From Eledone cirrhosa (taxonomy: Eukaryota), in assembly GCA_964016885.1 (NCBI GenBank), contig CAXHJY010000941.1, positions 62,001 through 126,000 on the forward strand: a stretch of 64,000 nt of DNA, read 5' to 3'. The notes below the pieces were generated by a model that was not told where the DNA came from, did no database searches, and was given only the letters and a program-made list of their open reading frames with translations. Below are positions 55,815 to 64,000 of this stretch, one piece after another (position 1 is the first letter of the stretch; every line of letters begins with the position of its first letter). The translations under genes and the position numbers were made by a program.

Positions 55815-58800
55815 CACCAACATTATCACCACCAGCACTCCCACCATTATCACCACCAGCACTCCCACCATTATCACCACCAACACTCCCACCATTATCA
55901 CCACCAATACTCCCACCATTATCACCACCAATACTCCCACCATTATCACCACCAACACTGCCACCATTATCACCACCACTCCCACCATTATCATCACCAA
56001 CACTGCCACCATTATCACCACCAGCACTCCCACCATTATCATACCAGCACTGCCACCATTATCACCACCAACACTGCCACCATTATCACCACCAACACTG
56101 CCACCATTATCACCATCAGCACTGCCACCATTATCACCACCAGCACTGTCACCATTATCACCACCAACACTGCCACCATTATCACCACCAACACTCCCAC
56201 CATTATCACTACCAGCACTCCCACCATTATCACCACCAGCACTCCCACAATTATCACCACCACTCCCACCATTATCACCACCAACACTGCCACCATTATC
56301 ACCACCAACACTGCCACCATTATCACCAACAACGCTGCCACCATTATCACCACCAACACTCCCACCATTATCACCACCAGCACTCCCACCATTATCACCA
56401 CCAACACTCCCACCATTATCACCACCACCACTCCCACCATTATCACCACCAACACTGCCACCATTATCACCACCAACACTGCCACCATTATCACCACCAA
56501 CACTCCCACCATTATCACCACCAACACTCCCACCATTATCACCACCAACACTCCCACCATTATCACCACCAAAACTGCCACCATTATCATCACCACCACT
56601 CCCACCATTATCACCACCAACACTGCCACCATTATCACCACCACCACTGTCACCATTATCACCACCAGCACTGGCACCATTATCACCACCAACATGCCAC
56701 CATTATCACCACCAACACTGCCACCATTATCACCACCAGCGCTCCCACCATTATCACCACCAGCACTCCCACCATTATCACCCCCAACATTCCCACCATT
56801 GTCACCACCACTCCCACCATTATCACCACCAACACTGCCACCATTATCACCACCAGCACTCCCAGCATTATCACCACCAGCACTGCCACCATTATCACCA
56901 CCACCACTGCCACCATTATCACCACCAACACTGCCACCATTATCACCACCAACACTGCCACCATTATCACCACAAACACCCCCACCATTATCACCACCAG
57001 CACTCCCACCATTATCACCACCAGCACTGCCACCATTATCATCACCACTCCCACCATTATCACCACCAACACTGCCACCATTATCACCACCAGCACTGCC
57101 ACCATTATCACCACCAACACTGTCACCATTATCACCACAACACTCCCACCATTATCACCACCACCACTCCCACCATTATCACCACCAACACTGCCACCAT
57201 TATCACCACCAGCACTCCCACCATTATCACCACCACCACTCCCACCATTATCACCACCACCACTCCCACCATTATCACCACCACCACTCCCACCATTATC
57301 ACCACCAACACTGCCACCATTATCACCACCAGCACTCCCACCATTATCACCACCACCACTCCCACCATTATCACCACCACCACTCCCACCATTATCACCA
57401 CCAACACTGCCACCATTATCACCACCAGCACTCCCACCATTATCACCACCAGCACTCCCACCATTATCACCACCACCACTTCCACCATTATCACCACCAC
57501 CACTCACACCATTATCACCACCAACACTGCCACCATTATCACCATCAGCACTTCCACCATTATCATCACCAGCACTCCCACCATTATCACCACCACCACT
57601 CCCACCATTATCACCACCAACACTGCCACCATTATCACCATCAGCACTTCCACCATTATCACCACCAGCACTCCCACCATTATCACCACCACCACTCCCA
57701 CCATTATCACCACCAACACTGCCACCATTATCACCACCAGCACTCCCACCATTATCACCACCAACACTGCCACCATTATCACCAGCAGCACTCCCACCAT
57801 TATCACCACCAGCACTGTCACCATTATCACCACCAACACTCCCACCATTATCACCACCAACACTGCCACCATTATCACCACCAGCACTCCCACCATTATC
57901 ACCACCAACACTGCCACCATTATCACCACCAGCACTCCCACCATTATCACCACCAGCACTGTCACCATTATCACCACCAACACTCCCACCATTATCACCA
58001 CCAACACTGCCACCATTATCACCACCAACACTGCCACCATTATCACCACCAGCACTCCCACCATTATCACCACCAACACTGCCACCATTATCACCACCAC
58101 CACTCCCACCATTATCACCACCAACACTGCCACCATTATCACCACCAACACTGCCACCATTATCATCACCAACACTCGCACCATTATCACCACCAGCACT
58201 CGCACCATTATCACCACCAACACTGTCACCATTATCACCACCACCACTCCCACCATTATCACCACCAACACTCACACCATTATCACCACCACTCCCACCA
58301 TTATTACCACCAACACTGCCACCATTATCACACCACTCCACCATTATCACCACCAACACTGCCACCATTATCACCACCAACACTGCCACCATTATCACCA
58401 CCAACACTGCCACCATTATCACCACCAGCACTCCCACCATTATCACCACCACTCCCACCATTATCACCACCAACACTGCCACCATTATCACCACCACTCC
58501 CACCATTATCACCACCAACACTGCCACCATTATCACCACCACCACTGCCACCATTATCACCACCACTCCCACCATTATCACCACCAACACTGCCACCATT
58601 ATCACCATCAGCACTTCCACCATTATCATCACCAGCACTCCCACCATTATCATCACCAGCACTCCCACCATTATCACCACCAACACTGTCACCATTATCA
58701 CCACCACCACTCCCACCATTATCACCACCAACACTGCCACCATTATCACCACCAACACTGCCACCATTATCATCACCACCACTCCCACCATTATCACCAC

Positions 58801-61800
58801 CAGCACTCGCACCATTATCACCAGCAACACTCCCACCATTATCACCACCAACACTGCCACCATTATCACCACCACCACTGCCACCATTATCACCACCAAC
58901 ACTGCCACCATTATCACCACCAACACTGCCACCATTATCATCACCACCACTCCCACCATTATCACCACCAACACTCCCACCATTATCACCACCAGCACCC
59001 CCACCATTATCACCACCAGCACTGCCACCATTATCACCACCAACACTCGCACCATTATCACCACCAGCACTCGCACCATTATCACCACCAACACTGTCAC
59101 CATTATCACCACCACCACTCCCACCATTATCACCACCAACACTCACACCATTATCACCACCAGCACCCCCACCATTATCACCACCAACACTGCCACCATT
59201 ATCACCACCAACACTGCCACCATTATGACCACCAACACTCCCACCATTATCACCACCAGCACTCCCACCATTATCATCACCATTCCCACCATTATCACCA
59301 CCAACACTGCCACCATTATCACCACTAACACTCCCACCATTATCACCACCAGCACTCTCACCATTATCATCACCGCTCCCACCATTATCACCACCAACAC
59401 TCCCACCAATATCACCACCAACACTCCCACCATTATCACCACCAGCACTCCCACCATTATCACCACCAACACTGCCACCATTATCACCACCAACACTGCC
59501 ACCATTATCACCACCAGCACTCCCACCATTATCACCACCACCACTCCCACCATTATCACCACCAACACTGCCACCATTATGACCACCAACACTCCCACCA
59601 TTATCACCACCAGCACTCACACCATTATCACCACCAGCACTCCCACCATTATCACCACCAACACTGCCACGATTATCACCACCAACACTCCCACCATTAT
59701 CGCCACCAGCACTCCCACCATTATCACCACCAACACTGCCACGATTATCACCACCAACACTGCCACGATTATCACCACCAACACTCCCACCATTATCACC
59801 ACCAGCACTCCCACCATTATCACCACCAACACTGCCACCATTATCACCACCAACACTGTCACCATTATCACCACCACCACTGCCACCATTATCACCACCA
59901 ACACTGCCACGATTATCACCACCAACACTGCCACGATTATCACCACCAGCACTCCCACCATTATCACCACCAACACTGCCACGATTATCACCACCAACAC
60001 TCCCACCATTATCACCACCAACACTGCCACGATTATCACCACCAACACTCCCACCATTATCACCACCAACACTCCCACCATTATCACCACCAACACTCCC
60101 ACCATTATCACCACCAACACTGTCACCATTATCACCATCAACACTGCCACCATTATCACCACCAACACTGCCACCATTATCACCACCAACACTGTCACCA
60201 TTATCACCACCACCACTCCCACCATTATCACCACCAACACTGCCACCATTATCACCACCAACACTCCAACCATTATCACCACCAGCACTCCCACCATTAT
60301 CACCACCAACACTGCCACCATTATCACCACCAACACTGCCACCATTATCACCACCAACACTGGCAGCATTATCACCACCAACACTCCCACCATTATCACC
60401 ACCAGCACTCCCACCATTATCACCACCAACACTGCCACCATTATCACCACCAACACTGCCACCATTATCACCACCAACACTCCCACCATTATCACCACCA
60501 CCACTGCCACCATTATCACCACCAGCACTGCCACCATTATCATCACCACTCCCACCATTATCACCACCAACACTGCCACCATTATCATCACCACTGCCAC
60601 CATTATCTCCACCACCACTGCCACCATTATCCTCACCAGCACTCCCACCATTATCACCACCACCACTGCCGCCATTATCACCACCAGCACTGCCACCATT
60701 ATCACCACCAGCACTGCCACCATTATCACCACCAACACTGCCACCATTATCACCACCAGCACTCACACCATTATCACCACCAACACTGTCACCATTATCA
60801 CCACAACACTCCCACCATTATCACCACCAACACTGCCCCCATTATCACCACCAACACTGTCACCATTATCACCACCACCACTCCCACCATTATCACCACC
60901 AACACTGCCACCATTATCACCATCAGCACTTCCACCATTATCATCACCAGCACTCCCACCATTATCACCACCACCACTCCCACCATTATCACCACCAACA
61001 CTGCCACCATTATCACCATCAGCACTTCCACCATTATCATCACCAGCACTCCCACCATTATCACCACCACCACTCCCACCATTATCACCACCAACACTGC
61101 CACCATTATCACCATCAGCACTTCCACCATTATCATCACCACCACTTCCACGATTATCACCACCAACACTCCCACCATTATCACCACCAACACTGCCACC
61201 ATTATCACCACCAACACTTCCACCATTATCATCACCAGCACTCCCACCATTATCACCACCACCACTCCCACCATTATCACCACCAACACTGCCACCATTA
61301 TCACCACCAGCACTTCCACCATTATCATCACCAGCACTCCCACCATTATCACCACCACCACTCCCACCATTATCACCACCACCACTCCCACCATTATCAC
61401 CACCAACACTGTCACCATTATCACCACAACACTGCCACCATTATCACCACCACCACTCCCACCATTATCACCACCAACACTGCCACCATTATCACCACCA
61501 ACACTCCCACCATTATCACCACCACCACTCCCACCATTATCACCACCACCACTCCCACCATTATCACCACCACCACTCCCACCATTATCACCACCAACAC
61601 TGCCACCATTATCACCACCAGCACTGCCACCATTATCATCACCACCACTCCCACCATTATCACCATCAGCACTTCCACCATTATCATCACCAGCACTCCC
61701 ACCATTATCATCACCAGCACTCCCACCATTATCACCACCAACACTGTCACCATTATCACCACCACCACTCCCACCATTATCACCACCAACACTGCCACCA

Positions 61801-62690
61801 TTATCACCACCAACACTCCAACCATTATCACCACCAGCACTCCCACCATTATCACCACCAACACTGCCACCATTATCACCATCAGCACTTCCACCATTAT
61901 CATCACCAGCACTCCCACCATTATCACCACCACCACTCACACCATTATCACCACCAACACTGCCACCATTATCACCATCAGCACTTCCACCATTATCACC
62001 ACCAGCACTCCCACCATTATCACCACCACCACTCCCACCATTATCACCACCAACACTGCCACCATTATCACCACCAACACTGTCACCATTATCATCACCA
62101 GCACTCCCACCATTATCACCACCACCACTCCCACCATTATCACCACCAACACTGTCACCATTATCACCACAACACTCCCACCATTATCACCACCACCACT
62201 CCCACCATTATCACCACCAACACTGCCACCATTATCACCACCACCACTCCCACCATTATCACCACCAGCACTGCCACCATTATCATCACCAGCACTGCCA
62301 CCATTATCACCACCACTACTCCCACCATTATCACCACCAACACTGCCACCATTATCACCACCAGCTCTCCCACCATTATCACCACCAGCACTCCCACCAT
62401 TATCACCACCAACACTCCCACCATTATCACCACCAGCACTCCCACCATTATCACTACCAGCACTCCCACCATTATCACCACCAACACTCCCACCATTATC
62501 ACCACCAACACTCCCACCATTATCACTACCAGCACTCCCACCATTATCACCACCAGCACTGCCACCATTATCACCACCAACACTGCCACCATTATCACCA
62601 CCAACACTCCCACCATTATCACCACCAACACTCCCACCATTATCACCACCAACACTCCCACCATTATCACCACCAGCACTCCCACCTTTA
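55815..62690. repeat. ~6.9-kb minisatellite, 24-bp unit CCACCATTATCACCACC(A/C)(A/G/C)CACT(G/C)
   Basis: The unit translates as PPLSPPTL / HHYHHQHC / TIITTNTA, with occasional 21- and 23-bp units. Confidence 0.97.
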
Positions 62691-62774
62691 CAACAGTACC
62701 CTATGTCCATGAAAACATTATCTTGTGGTTGAACTACATAATGTAACCTTCTTAATTACGTTTGGGTAGCATTT

Positions 62775-62958
62775 GGATTGGCAGTATCGGTAGAGGGTCG
62801 TACGCGATGCTTTGACACATAGAGTTATGTCCCTTGCCATTCTGAGTTCAAATCCCGCCTAGGTTAACTTTGCCTTTCATCCTTACAGGGTCGATAAAGT
62901 AAAGTACCAGTAATGCACTGGGTATTTGCTGGCCGTGTGCCAAAAGTAGAAACAATTA
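62775..62958 (+). mobile_element. Meta-like tRNA SINE
   Basis: TGGATTGGCAGTATCGG...GAGTTCAAATCC...TTTGCCTTTCATCCTTAC. Confidence 0.83.
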
Positions 62959-63014
62959 TATTTGAATAAGAAATGTTATCTGTTGCCAGGTTTAACACCA
63001 CTGCCTATCTGCTG

Positions 63015-63370
63015 GGTGCCTTTTGCAAGCATTTTCTCGTCTAACACACGTGGACATGCCTACAAAATCAGAGAACAGCACAGCTCCCATGACTTTCGGA
63101 AACATTTTTTCACGCTCAGAGTTCAGAGTTGCTGAAGCATGGAACAAACTGCCTGCGTCAGTTGTTAGCTGCCGAGACACTGCACCTTTTAAAACCCTTA
63201 TGCTTCCCGAAATTCACCAAAACTACACCTGATGTACCCCTTTCATGCACATGCACACATGTGTATATCATGACTCATGCACTGTTCATTTTCCTGACGT
63301 TTGTACATTACCCTATGTACTGTACATACACTTTTTGATGAGTTGTAGTGCACAGAAACATTATTATTTA
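63015..63370 (+). mobile_element. CR1/Jockey-like LINE 3' fragment
   Basis: TRGHAYKIREQHSSHDFRKHFF / RVAEAWNKLPASVV with a frameshift. Confidence 0.75.
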
Positions 63371-63596
63371 GTCTAGATCTAAAGTATAAGGATAACTCCC
63401 AGGTTCCTTCCTGCCAGTCTTTGAGGCCCTAAAAAAAGTCGCTTGTGCACTGCTGTTCATTCTCCAATTAACCCCTAAAGTAAGATGGGAAAAGAGATAA
63501 AATGATAAATTCCATGAAGGTTATTTAACTTTAAAATGTTTCAAATCTGTACAGGTTTCTCTGATAGTATTGATCATTAGGATATATTCTCCTTAA

Positions 63597-63805
63597 CCCT
63601 TTAATGTTCAAACCGGCCAGAACTCTCTCAATCCTTTCTGTTGAAACTGGCTGTAACTGGTTGCTCAAACTGATATTAAGGTATACTTTCAAAATAATAC
63701 TTTTAAAATCTCATAGATTCGATATTATGTGAGATAATTATGCGAGGTAAAGCCTTTACCATGAAAATATAATAGTATATATAGAGTAATGTGAATGCTA
63801 AAGGG
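63597..63805 (+). mobile_element. piggyBac-type MITE
   Basis: TTAA-CCCTTTAATGTTCA...TGAATGCTAAAGGG-TTAA. Confidence 0.8.
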
Positions 63806-64000
63806 TTAATTACAAGGCCAGTATTTGTGGAAATCTCTGTATATTACACTAGTCTTATTACATATAACTGCTACTGATTTGATTCAGTCTAAAAACAGGA
63901 AATGTTAAGTAAACATTTGCCAGGGATCAAATCAATAACACTGAAGGACAACTCTAATAGAAGCCAAATCTTCATTAAATTATACACTGTTGTGTTAAAA

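Noticed and set aside
55815-62690. CRISPR array or telomeric repeat
   Set aside because: No unique spacers and no TTAGGG-type unit.

Overview
AT-rich, repeat-saturated animal DNA. The SINE/LINE repertoire and the very long (TA)n/TATG arrays suggest an octopus-like cephalopod, which is an inference. The window holds no clearly identifiable host gene, only two phase-compatible candidate minus-strand exons. The first 29 kb is a cluster of retroelements nested in TA arrays. It includes an almost complete RTE LINE with a C4HC3 PHD-type finger inside the RT region, further RTE copies and chimeras, and a second RTE family with C2H2 fingers. It also includes two young Penelope-like elements (PLEs; RT + C-terminal GIY-YIG, Naiad-like) with head-to-head inversions. 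The most informative signals are in the PLEs. (i) The missing ORF N-terminus (MTLPKYNN...) lies downstream of the 3' UTR and a hammerhead-like motif, so the unit is permuted. (ii) All five young PLE ends stop at AT microhomology with the TA target, and the geometry fits twin priming. (iii) There are at least nine hammerhead-like motifs, including a recurrent U3-A8 core variant and a one-nucleotide-insertion variant with covarying stem II. (iv) Many short foldback palindromes look like small products of the same process. The remainder contains CORE-type and Meta-like tRNA SINEs, three TTAA piggyBac-type MITEs, decayed LINE/PLE fragments and a 6.9-kb 24-bp minisatellite. Almost all YI-rich ORFs in the track are microsatellite artefacts. 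All calls were made by eye, without database searches.
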